Below are positions 1-11,729 of a DNA stretch of 64,000 nt, piece by piece (position 1 is the first letter of the stretch; every line of letters begins with the position of its first letter). The notes below the pieces were generated by a model. The model was not told the DNA's origin and made no database searches. It saw nothing but the letters and a program-made list of their open reading frames with translations. Source of the DNA: Macrostomum lignano (taxonomy: Eukaryota); assembly GCA_002269645.1 (NCBI GenBank), contig NIVC01000930.1, positions 62,001-126,000 on the forward strand, read 5' to 3'. The position numbers were made by a program, and so were the translations under genes.

Positions 1-347
1 GAATTTGATATAAAATTAACTGGGAAGAGTCCATATACATGTGCATGTAAAAAGCTATACAACTACATGTATAAATACCACTACGTACATGTAGTAGCTA
101 CATGTGCATGTTAATGACTGCTTAAGTAGAAGGACGGGAGACCTCGTTTCTTAAAAAATTAGGGTGCACGTTTTTTAGAAAAAATACTTGACGGAAATGG
201 AGGCTTTCATTTTTCAGCACAAATATTGTATTTCTATTGATAGGAGGCGGATCCTATGTACATGTAAGCTAAAGTGCTAGTGTTTCTCAATCGAAAAACT
301 GGAACATATATTTTGCAGCATTTCATCATTGAAGCTTCAATAGAACT

Positions 348-589
348 TGTGACAGTGACACTATGAACTTTGCAATAGGTTGCGTGCACTTAATTGTTGA
401 CTCACTTGCATGTGAACGATATAATTGTTATTAACCGGCTTAGTGATTTGAATGGTATTATATCAACCCCCACCCCATGCGCGCTTGTATCTGTCTGCAC
501 CCACCACCTCATTGCTAAACTAATAAAATAAGATCAGCCAAGTATACAGTAGCTCTCAAGAGTACAATTCAACACTATACTGCCTCACA
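348..589 (+). repeat. 5' LTR (may extend to 606)
   Basis: TGTGA...TCACA termini; near-identical to 3107-3358. A second TCACA at 602-606 sits 1 nt before the PBS. Confidence 0.85.
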
Positions 590-606
590 GTTATTAAGAT
601 ATCACA

Positions 607-2720
607 ATGGCGACGAGTCCGCCCACGCTGGGCCAACTGTTACCATCTACAAGCATCGAGATATTCCTTGAGCGTCTCGAGCAGTACTTTACTACGGAGT
701 CTTCCCAGCCGGACTAAAGTGGCGCGAAGTGTTGCGCTGACATGAGGAAGCTGCTGACAACACACTTTGCACCCAAGCCTTCGGAGATAGCTGCGAGATT
801 CTGTTTCCAACAACGAACTTCTGCAACGAACTCCGTTTCCAAGAGCTTCACGGCATTCATCGCGGGGCTCCAGGCTCTGTCAGCTGACTGCAACTTCGGT
901 TCTGCAGTCACACTGATGCCGCAGCGGCTGCAGAAAAAGTTTCTCCCTCAGCTAAAACTTCATGGCTCCATCGGCTGCAGTTCCGCGAACTTTCACCAAC
1001 GAACGCTTTCATCCGCGGGGCCAAGCCACAGGCCGAGCCAGCACAACGCCAAGCAGCTACAGCTACCGCTGCTTGTAGTCGACAAAGGAGACACGGCGCT
1101 GCTGAGACATGACTGGCTGGCTCACCTTCGGCGACTAATTTTGGCCCAGGTGCACGCGGCACACGACATCAGCGACCACCTGCATGTGAGATTCGCTGCG
1201 GTGTTCGGGGACCAACCTGGCGAATATCGACACGGAAAAGTGCGGCTCAACGTCGTCGACGGTGCCCAACCTTGGTTCTTTAAAGCCCGCCCGGTTCCGT
1301 GTGCACTACGAGAGCGCGTGGAAGAGGAGCTTCATAGACTGGAGGCCAACGGCATCATCATTTCGGCGGTCAAGCACAGCGACTGGGCCTCTCCGATCGT
1401 TCCGGTGGTCAAGAAGGATGGCGGCGTCAGGATTTGCGGTAATTATACGCAAACTTTCAACCCCGCGTGCCTGACCGAGCAGTACCCTCTGCCCAAGATC
1501 GAGGACCTGTTTGCCAAGATGGGAGGCGTCTGCAAGTGGGTAAAGCTCGATCTGTCCAATGCCTTCCTGCAGCTTGCGCTCGCCGAAGACAGCAAAGTCT
1601 TCGATCACGATCAACACACCCAAGGGACTCTACCGCATATGCCTTTTGGCATCAAGTGCGCCACTGCGATCTTCCAACGGACGCTGGACACTGCTAGGAG
1701 ATCTCGACTCTGTCCAGGTGTTTGTCGATGACATTTTGGTCACCGGCAAGACGATGCAGCAACATACGAAAAACTTAGGAGTTCTTTAGCTGCACCGCTT
1801 CCATCAATTCCTATACGGCCGGAGATTCACCATGGTAACTGATCACCTGCCGCTACTCGGGTTACTGGGCGAGCGGAAAGGAATCCCGGCACACGCTGCC
1901 GCTCGCATGTAGCGATGGGCGACCCGACTGGCGAGCTATGACTACACGCTAGAGTTTCGGCCGACGGAGAAGCACACCAACTGCGACTCGTTGTCCCGGC
2001 TGCCATTACCGCAGCAGTTCGACGAGGAGACAGCGGTTAACTCGCTGCTGATAGACGAGGGCGCAGGTTCGTCCGCCACTGCAGCGACGGTGGCGCGGCT
2101 CACCACGACGGATGCGGTGCTAGATCGCGTGCTGCGCTGCCTGCAGACGGGTTCGACCACTGTCCATTGACTAGGGCTGCGTGCTGTGGGGTGCTCGAGT
2201 TGTGGTGCCAGCCGCCCTGCGACAACAAGTGTTGAACGAGCTGCACCAAGCCCACCCTGGCATCAGCCGCATGCGTGCCCTCGCGAGAAGCTACGTCTGG
2301 TGGCCAAGTATCGACAAAGACCTGAAGGCCGCAGTAAAAGCCTGACGCACCTGCCAGCTCAATCAGGCGGATCCATCTAAGGCCCGGTGCAGCCATGGCC
2401 ATTCCCGACTGAGCCATGGGAGCGGTTGCACATCGACTTCGCGGGACCCGTGGAAGGCCGCACTTACCTGGTCCTGGTCGACGCGCACAGCAAGTGGCCA
2501 GAGGTGCACAAGATGAGCAGCACCACTGCAACTGCGACGAGCAACTGCCTGCGAGAAATCTTCGCTTGTCTCGGCCTAGTACCGAATACTTTGGTGCCGG
2601 ACAACGGGCCACAATTCGCTTCAGCCGAGTTCGCTGAGTTCGTCAGTTCCAACGACATCCGACACATCTTCTCGGCGCCATTCCAACCAGCGACCAACGA
2701 CCAGGCCGAGCGCTTCGTCC
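607..2720 (+). pseudogene. Frameshifted gag-pol remnant
   Basis: Gag start MATSPPTLGQLLPSTSIEIFLERLEQYF; RT motifs SPIVPVVKKDGGVRICGNY, YPLPKIEDLF, KLDLSNAFLQL and FVDDILVTG in a shifted frame; integrase WERLHIDFAGP, DNGPQF, QAERFVQ. Confidence 0.92.
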
Positions 2721-3106
2721 AGGTGCTGGATCTCCTGACCCCGTCGTTCAGCAGCAGCGGCCAGCACGCCAGTTCCAGCCTGGAGATCGTGTGCTCTACC
2801 GCGATTTCAGCACTGCTGCTTGTACTGGAGAAAGCAGCCGCTGGGCCGAAGGTGTCATCGTCAATGCCGGCACTCGCAACTGCACAGTCGATTCCGGACG
2901 CGGCGTAGTATTAGCGCGACACGCTGACCAGCTGGCCGAATCGAACGAGGACTGGCATGCCGGCACCTGACGCTAGCGGAACGTCGGCCTCGCCGCAGGC
3001 AGACACGGCTGACTCTGCTGACGAGACATCCCGGCGCTACCCGACTCGAGTTCGAGCACCACCTGACAGATTGATGCTGCAGTGAGGGCGTTATCTAAGA
3101 GGGGGA

Positions 3107-3358
3107 TGTGACACAGTGACACGATGGACTTTGCAATAGGTTGCATGCACTGAATTTTTGACTCACCAGCATGTGGCGATTGTTGTTAACCGGCTTAGTA
3201 ATTTTTGAATGGTATTATATCAACCCCCACCCCATGCGCGCTTGTATCTGTCTGCACCCACCACCTCATTGCTAAACTAATAAAATAAGATCAGCCAAGT
3301 AGCTCTCAAGCGAGCACCTTTCTCTCTCCTACCGTACAATTCAACACTACTGCCTCAC
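3107..3358 (+). repeat. 3' LTR
   Basis: Follows the PPT; matches the 5' LTR up to CTGCCTCAC with a small insertion near 3311-3333. Confidence 0.88.
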
Positions 3359-4013
3359 CCAGACAGAAATTAATCACTAAAAATGTCGATTGTACCGATT
3401 CCTATTGCTCGTAAATTACCTTTTTATGAAAAGCAAGATAAATATCGATTTCGTTCAAGCCAGGAACTTGCAAATCTGTAATTGCTCTTACTAAAATACA
3501 ATGGGCATCGTGGGCTATTCTTACAGTTTTAATTTGGTTTCCTATGTATGTAAACAGGGTCAGTGCATAAATAAAATAGTCATAGTAAATGGACACACGT
3601 GACCATGCAAATAATGCGCAAGACACACTGAAACAACAACTTTAATTACTTACGTTGAATATGCCCAAGTTTATTTCGTTCTGGTGCATAAAACGTAAAG
3701 ATAAGTCCAGTCCAACTCAGGATATTGAGTATAACAATAACAAGTAAATGCAATATTGTAAACAATACTTTTTAAGGAGCAATAAAGCAGGTGCATATTA
3801 CAGTTTAAAAAGGAAAGAATGTAGAGAATGGTGCGGTTTTTCTTATCTGTATTTAAAGCCCAAATTTGGTGTGCGTGTAATGCTGGCTCCACTTCTTGGT
3901 ACGCGGGTAGATAATATTAGTAAGTTCACAAAAAGTGACAACTGCGCGCGCATTATTACTGAAACCAAATCGATTCTGCCTGTCTTACCTGGCATGCCTG
4001 GCCTCGCTCGCAG

Positions 4014-5040
4014 TCACGGTCGCCTGTGCTTCCCGTGCTTGCTTCTCCGCGAAAACCAATCGCCTACCCACAGCGGCACAAACTTTTCCTCGTCGTCTAA
4101 CAATGAAGTCCTCGACGGTTCGTCAATGTCTGGCAGGGCTGGCAGCTCAGCGAAGTCCAGTCCCGCCGTGCTGCCATCGTCCGCAGTAGTAGGCAAGCTG
4201 CTGCTGTTGTAGCTGCTGCCGCAGCCGCCGCCAAAGCTAACGGCATTGCTGCAGAAGTTATTTAAATTCCTCCTCCGACCCACAACCAGCTTGGCTCGTG
4301 CGTGTGACGAATAATACTGATTATCCTTTGCTGGCACAGGCGGGCCCAAGCTGGGCTGAAGCATCGGAAGTTGCTGCTGATGAAGCAGTTGCGGTTGTTG
4401 TTGCTGTTGCAAAAGTTCCACAGGCTGCTGCTCCCATAGTTCGCTCGCTGGCTGGGGCTGCGGCCAGTTCGGCTGTTGTTGCTGCATCTGCTGTTGCCAT
4501 TCCTGTTGCCGCTGTTGCCACCTCTGCCACAACTCCTGCTGCTGTTGCTGCATCAAAATTGCCGCGGCACTTGATAGGCTGGCTGGGCGAAATTGTTCGA
4601 CACCAATTGCAATGAGTTCGACTTGTTTCGGTTCCCGCCGCCCGCCTTGCCACCCGCTTTGCCGCCCGCTTTGCCGCCCGCTTTGCCACCCGCTTTGCCG
4701 CCCGCTTTGCCGCCCGCTTTGCCGCCCGCTTTGCCGCCCGCTTTGCCGCCAGTCGCTTTGCCACCGCCCGTCTGGCCGCCGCCCGCTTTGCCACCAGTCA
4801 CTTTGCCGCCGCCCGCTTTGCCGCCACCCGCTTTGCTGCCGCCCGCTTTGCTGCCGCCCGCTTTGCCGCCACCCGCTTTGCCGCCGCCAGCTTTGCCGCC
4901 GCCAGCTTTGCCACCGACCACTTTGCCGCCGCCCATTTTGCCGGTTGAAGCTGGGGTTTTGCCCTGTCTTGCCTCACCGCCACCTTCGCCTGCCTCATCG
5001 CCACTTTCTCCTTCCTCGGTTTCGCCTCCGCCATCCTCTG

Positions 5041-5071
<31 letters not shown>

Positions 5072-5376
5072 CCCTTCGCCGCTTTCACCTCCTTCGCCTC
5101 CTTCGCCTCCTTCGCCGCTTTCGCCGCTTTTGCCTCCTTCGCCGCTTTCGCCGCTTTCGCCAGCTTCTTCGTCTCCATCTTCGTCGCGCTTCGTCCAGCC
5201 GATGGAGTTGCCGCCCTGCATGCCCAGCTCGCAGATGATCTGCCAAATCTCTCGATGATAGCGCAGTTTGCATTCGCGAATTTTGTTGCGCAATGGCGCC
5301 AAGTCCAAGCCTAAGTCCACCATAGTTCCAAAGAGGCCGAAGCCTGGGGTGCAGAAGACCTTCTTGTCCACAGCAT
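4014..5376 (-). pseudogene. Paralog 1 of an unknown intronless low-complexity protein gene, frameshifted
   Basis: Same N-terminal block, Q-rich block and C-terminal motif as 6359-7396. ATG at 5376 is out of frame (2 extra nt) and a 1-nt deletion near 4570 splits the ORF into 5371-4553 and 4556-4014. Confidence 0.65.
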
Positions 5377-5828
5377 GTTTGCCATAGTGTGATAAGCTAG
5401 GCGCTGGTTTATACGATTAAGTACTAGCTGGTACGTATGATTCCACTGTTACGGATTTATAATGACTTGCTGCTTCGCGTTAATTTGTGCACTTCAATTA
5501 ACTAACAATATTGGTATAAAGATATAAATTATATAATAAATACTATTTGCCATAGACAAACCCGTACCGATCAGCTCTGACTCGGTGCTCAATAATATTT
5601 CCATATCTTGTCTGTTAGAATGAGCGATCAAATTCAAAAATAGTCTCACTTCCTTGGGATAGTTGTGGTCTACTTTACAACGCACAAGTTTAAGCAGTTG
5701 ATTCATTGCTGCGGAAGAGAAAGAGGTCGCCTAGTACGATACAGTACGACGTCATGATGTCGTTAATGCGTTAGTGTAATTCAGGACATATTGTAACATG
5801 GGACATTACTAGTGGACATTAGGGGACA

Positions 5829-5868
5829 TTACTACTATTACTACTACTACTACTACTACTACTACTAT

Positions 5869-5952
<84 letters not shown>
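5829..5952. repeat. (TAC)n microsatellite
   Basis: Direct reading; lies between the two paralogs. Confidence 0.98.
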
Positions 5953-5954
<2 letters not shown>

Positions 5955-6358
5955 TTAGAATTTCAGGAAATAAGTACATTCAGAAGGTGTTTATTGAAGT
6001 ACTTGTAATGTAAAATTTTGTAATAAAAATGTTCAAGTTGTCTATAAACAAATGCTACAAAGTTAAGACAACAATTTAAGGTACTTATGCTGCACAAGTT
6101 TAATTTTTATCAGGTGCATAAACATAAATATAAGTCCAACTCAGTGTTAAGAGTAACAATTGCGACTGCAATCTTGCAAAGAATACTTTTTAAAGAGCCA
6201 ATAGAAACAGTGAATTACAGTTTTAAGATAAAATGAGTGAGAGTCGGGTGCGGTTCTTTTATAATACATTTTTTACCGGTGCAACTTCGGGTTGGGGGGA
6301 TGTTGGTTCACTTTGAAAATAGAAATAGGGCGCAATGTCATCTGCAAGCCTGGTTGCG

Positions 6359-7396
6359 TCACAACCGCCTGTGCCTCTCTTGCTTACCGTGCCTGCGCTT
6401 CGATGGCTCCGGTCGATCATCGGCTCTGGTTTTCGTCGCAGCCGGTTTTTGCGAAGACCAATCGCCGCAGCGGAGCGGCACAAACCTTGTCTCATCCAGC
6501 AACGAAGCTCTCGGCGGAACATCAATGTCTGGCAGGGATGGCAGCTCAGCGAAGTCCAATCCGGCCGTGGTCACGTCGTCTGCCGTGGTTGGCAAGCTGC
6601 TGTTGCTGCAGCTGCTGCCGCAGTTGCCACCATAGGGAACTCCTCTGCTGCCAATGTTGCTGGAATTCTTCCGGCTCACGGCCAGCTTGGCTCGTGCGTG
6701 TGATGAATAATACTGAGGATCCTTTGCTGGCACAGGCGGGCCCAAGCTGGGCTGAAGCAGCGAAAGTTGCTGCTGATGAAGCAGTTGCGGCTGTTGTTGC
6801 TGAAGCAGCAGTTGCTGCTGTTGCTGCTGAAGCAGCAGCTGCTGCTGTTGCTGCCCCCATAGTGCTGCTGACTGCTGCGGCCATTGCGGCGGCTGCTGCT
6901 TCCATGCCTGCTGCTGATGCTTCTGACGCTGCTGCTGTTTTTGTTGTTGCTTCAAAATTGACGGGGTCATTGGATTTGCTAGCTGGGAAAAACTGTTTGA
7001 CGCAGCCAACTGTGACGCATTGGACTTGTTTCGGTTGCCTGCTGAGCGACCGCCGCCTCGACGTACCGCAAGAGTGTTACTCTGGTTGGCCTCCTCGCCG
7101 CCACCTTCTTCGCCACCGCCGCCTTCACCGCCGCCTCCTTCGCCACCGCCGCCATCGTCACCGCCGCCATCGTCACCGCCGCCGCCTCCATCCTCGCCGG
7201 CTTCGTCGCGCTTCTTCCAGCCGGAGGAGTTGCCGCCCTGCATGCCCAGCTCGCAGATCACTTTCCAAACTTCGCGATGGTAGCGCAGTTTGCATTCGCG
7301 AATTTTACTGCGCAATGGCGCCAAGTCCAAGCCTAAGTCGATCATTGACCCGAAGAGGCCGAAGCCTGGGGTGCAGAAGACTTTCTTGTCTGACAT
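6359..7396 (-). CDS. Paralog 2, intact 345 aa protein of unknown function
   Basis: ATG-initiated ORF; the first ~65 aa are nearly identical to paralog 1 with several synonymous and conservative differences; homologous 3' flanks (about 3680-3830 vs 6110-6230). Confidence 0.7.
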   Translation of the reverse strand: MSDKKVFCTPGFGLFGSMIDLGLDLAPLRSKIRECKLRYHREVWKVICELGMQGGNSSGWKKRDEAGEDGGGGGDDGGGDDGGGGEGGGGEGGGGEEGGGEEANQSNTLAVRRGGGRSAGNRNKSNASQLAASNSFSQLANPMTPSILKQQQKQQQRQKHQQQAWKQQPPQWPQQSAALWGQQQQQLLLQQQQQQLLLQQQQPQLLHQQQLSLLQPSLGPPVPAKDPQYYSSHARAKLAVSRKNSSNIGSRGVPYGGNCGSSCSNSSLPTTADDVTTAGLDFAELPSLPDIDVPPRASLLDETRFVPLRCGDWSSQKPAATKTRADDRPEPSKRRHGKQERHRRL

Positions 7397-7616
7397 GTTT
7401 ATTGTATGCTCTGATTTTAGTAGGTATATATATGCTATATTATATTCAATTCACAAGCTGCTACGGTACGAGAGTACGTCTCATGCATTATGCATTACAA
7501 ATAGCTGTTATCTTGTGTTCTCTTCTGCATCCACTTCAATACGCGTTGTAAATTCTGGCCATAGACAGGCCCCGTACCCAGCAGCTGCTGAAGCAGATTC
7601 TCTGAACTGCTGTAGG

Positions 7617-8176
<560 letters not shown>

Positions 8177-8598
8177 TAAAGCCAGGATCCCTACTGCATG
8201 AAGTGTGTTTGATTTTAGTGAATTACGAGCGTATAATTACACTTTAGCATAAAAGTGCAATTTTACTTCAATCTCGAATGTAGATGCAGAGCTTCATAAG
8301 CAGCATATTCAGTCGCATAGCAGAGCTTTAATACACATGGATAGCTCATGCTGGGCACATTATTTATTCACGATGTCGTCTTAAGCTAAGACCAGCTATA
8401 TATTATATCGTTCTAGTGAAAGCTTTTCAGTCGGTCACGGATGTGTGCATACTGTATGGGGCTAGTGGCAGACTTTTATGGATCCGTAGCCTGCTGCCCA
8501 GCTAATGTCCTTACTAATTTAATATAGAGATAATGATTTATAATTGGCTACAAAGTACACGCCTGAGCCGAGTGGCAGACGAGAGCAGAGTGACTCAA

Positions 8599-8896
8599 TG
8601 AGTTCATGAGTGAGTTCATGAGTGATTTCATGAGTGAGTTCATGAGTGAGTTCATAAGTGAGTTCATGAGTGAGTTCATGAGTGAGTTCATGAGTGAGTT
8701 CATGAGTGAGTTCATGAGTGAGTTCATGAGTGAGTTCATGAGTGAGTTCATGAGTGAGTTCATGAGTGAGTTCATTAGTGAGTTCATGAGTGAGTTCATT
8801 AGTGAGTTCATGAGTGAGTTCATGAGTGAGTTCATGAGTGAGTTCATGAGCGAGTTCATGAGTGAGTTCATGAGTGAGTTCATGAATTCATGAGTT
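8599..8896. repeat. 12-bp satellite GAGTTCATGAGT, left part
   Basis: Direct reading; resumes at 10801 after the insert. Confidence 0.97.
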
Positions 8897-10799
8897 TGAT
8901 GTAACCATGCTCTGGTCGCGGGATCTGGTGGGGGAAATTTTTCGGAATCTCCCAGATCTCCCTTGACTCACCGGGCACAGCTGTCGAGACTGGGCCGGGT
9001 ACCTGACCACCTGACTCCCGCTCTGTTGCATTCCCCTGCCGGCTCGGTTCCGTCTCCCACTCAGCCACACGTGCCTTTCCGAAGCCCCTTTTCTACTGCA
9101 CCTCGTCTGCCTCCCCCATTTTTCACGCGTTTCACCCCATGTATCATGAACTTATCATGTTCCTCATCTTCTTCACCATGTTTTAGCCCATTTTTCTTGC
9201 GCTGTCACCTTCTCATGCGACACCCACCCCACCTCCGCTTCTATTGTTCTCGTTTTTGATTCTTTTGTTCTCGTTTTCGCACCCGATTAGCACCTTTTCT
9301 CCAATGTTTACTTTTCTATTGTTCTCGGCTCTCCCGCCAATTATCTCCGATTTCCATTTCCTTTGTTCTCGGTCTGATTCCCATTGTTCTCAGTGTTTGC
9401 TTGCGCAACACTATCTCGACCCCCCGCTGTGCTCATTATCCACCCACCCTACCTCCAGATTGCGCAGTTTTCCCATTTCTTATGTTGCTATGCCGTTCTC
9501 ATGCTTCTCATCATGACTCATTCTGACGTCATTCTGCCGGCAGCCAATCAGAGAGAGGGAGTCATGGAAACGACCTTGGAGCAGCGGCCGTGAGGACTAT
9601 TTAAGGGAGTGATTTTCGGCGTGAGAACACTACTTGCCGTGAATAGTACTTTCCGCCAGACGTTGATCTGACCCCCCATTCGTCTATAGGACGAATCTCT
9701 GCCGGCCCGCGATCTGATACCGCCCAGCATCCTCAGCATCGCCTGAGCTACATCAGCGCCTCGTCGCTCCAGCGCATCGCCGCTTCACCGTCTGCCTGAC
9801 TGCAGCCTACAGCCGCCCTCGGTCACTCCGCCTCTCTCTCTCTCTGTGCAGCTGCCGGTAAGTTCCTACTACTAATTTGTGCTCTAATTGCCTTTGCTTA
9901 TCCGGGGTTTGCCTATTTTCCATTGTCTGATTAGAGAGCTGAGCCAATTGTGATACCGTATCTTTTGCTGTACTTTTACTCAATAGTGAAGCCGCCTAAT
10001 TGCCTGCTTATTTTGCCTAAGGGCCTAATTATTAACCATTACTAAACTCCTCATTATTCACACATTCACCATCATTTCACTCATGGCTTGCTAAGCCTTT
10101 CTCCCTAGGTGGCAAAGCATAAGGAAGTTTGGGTAAGCTAATGGCCTCTCCCCGTGCGAAGCCCGCCTGTGTGTGCGTGCTGCGGGTCCGTGTGTGCGTG
10201 CAGTAGAGGGATTAGCGAGTCTTGGCACAGAATGGCGGCAGGAAGGTTGCAACCCCATGCTTACGCGTCCCTTCGCCCTGAGCAATCTAAACCATAGCTA
10301 GTACATGTTCATCTCACACTACTCTTAGTAATTGAAACCGCAAGTCCGCCTCGTTCACACCCACAAAGGATCCCCTGCTGAGAAATCCTCCAGATTGAGC
10401 CCAGAGTTCCCGAATAGAGCAGAGTCCCTGTACTCGGCTGCATGCGTCTCCCCTGTTAGCCTAAATCCCCTGGTAACCAATCCAGGCGGGGCTCTAGCCT
10501 CGAGAGGTCTGGTAGTGAGATCCAGGTGCGCCAGGTCACATAGAGTGGTGGCAGCCACTCGGTCATGCTATGACTGAGTGACCAACTATTGCACCTTGGC
10601 TACAGGTGGGGTCCATGTGGGTCCTTGGCCCTCTGGTCACGAAAGCGCTACCAAAGCTATCAATCATATGTGCGGGACAGTCTGGTGCTGGAGGTCCGTC
10701 AGGTCATTGCCCGGTCATAGGCAGCCTACGGCCATTGCCCCCTATGGTCATACGCCCTCCTCCCCGCTGAGCAGACGGTCATCAAGGGCGGTTACATCA
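8897..10799 (+). mobile_element. 1.9 kb solo-LTR-like insertion
   Basis: Perfect 10-bp terminal inverted repeat TGATGTAACC / GGTTACATCA (TG...CA); interrupts the satellite; imperfect target duplication (AGTT vs GGTT); no TE coding domain recognised. Confidence 0.75.
9514..9605 (+). promoter_or_regulatory. Pol II promoter-like motif cluster inside the LTR
   Basis: TGACTCA 9514-9520, TGACGTCA 9524-9531, CCAAT 9544-9548, TATTTAAG 9598-9605, in promoter order. Confidence 0.55.
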
Positions 10800-10800
10800 G

Positions 10801-11490
10801 GTTCATGAGTTCATAAGTGAGTTCATGAGTTCATGAGTTAGTTCATGAGTTCATGAGTGATTTAATGAGTGAGTTCATGAGTGAGTCCATGAGTGAGTTC
10901 ATGAGTGAGTTCATGAGGGAGTTCATGAGTTCATGAGTGATTTCATGAGTGAGTTCATAAGTGAATTCATGAGTTCATGAGTGAGTCCATGAGTGAGTTC
11001 ATGAGTGAGTTCATGAGTGAGTTCATGAGTGAGTTCATGAGCTCATGAGTGAGTTCATGAGTTCATGAGTGAGTTCATGAGTTCATGAGTGAGTTCATGA
11101 GTTCATGAGTGAGTTCATGAGTTCATGAGTGAGTTCATGAGTTCATGAGTGAGTTCATGAGTTCATGAGTGAGTCCATGAGTGAGTTCATGAGTGAGTTC
11201 ATGAGTGAGTTCATGAGTGAGTTCATGAGTGAGTCCATGAGTGAGTTCATGAGTGAGTTCATGAGTGAGTTCATGAGTTCATGAGTGAGTTTATGAGTTC
11301 ATGAGTGAGTTTATGAGTTCATGAGTTCATCAGTGAGTTTATGAGTTCATGAGTTCATGAGTGAGTTCATGAGTTCATGAGTGAGTTTATGAGTTCATGA
11401 GTGAGTTTTTTGAGTTCATGAGTTCATGAGTGAGTTTATGAGTTCATGAGTGAGTTTATGAGTTCATGAATGAGTTCATGAATGAGTGAG
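10801..11490. repeat. 12-bp satellite, right part with 8-bp variants
   Basis: Direct reading. Confidence 0.97.
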
Positions 11491-11729
11491 TGAGTAAGGC
11501 AAACATCCAGCTCAGCTCTTTCCTCATACTCTTACAGCCAATAGAAGAAGAGCGGCAGTGCAGGCGCCCCCGTATTGGCAGTGCTCAAATCGTTAGTTGG
11601 GATAAATGCTCCTTTCAGCCTTCTTAACCGCTGATTTGCCTTTTCCTCAATCATTAACGCAGATATATCTGTAGATAGTAAAAAGCTATCATAAATCTGA
11701 GCAGTCGGTTCGGCATTTCTGCTGGCGTC

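Larger units (their letters stand above)
348..3358 (+). mobile_element. Decayed, internally deleted Ty3/Gypsy (Mag-like) LTR retrotransposon
   Basis: Two ~240-250 bp direct LTRs starting TGTGAC (348, 3107); PBS TGGCGACGAG at 608-617; polypurine tract AAGAGGGGGA at 3098-3106; domain order RT-RNaseH remnant-integrase. No matching TSD seen. Confidence 0.95.

Noticed and set aside
4553-4580. Programmed frameshift in paralog 1
   Set aside because: No slippery heptamer, paralog 2 is continuous, and a second indel lies after the ATG; decay or sequencing error is simpler.
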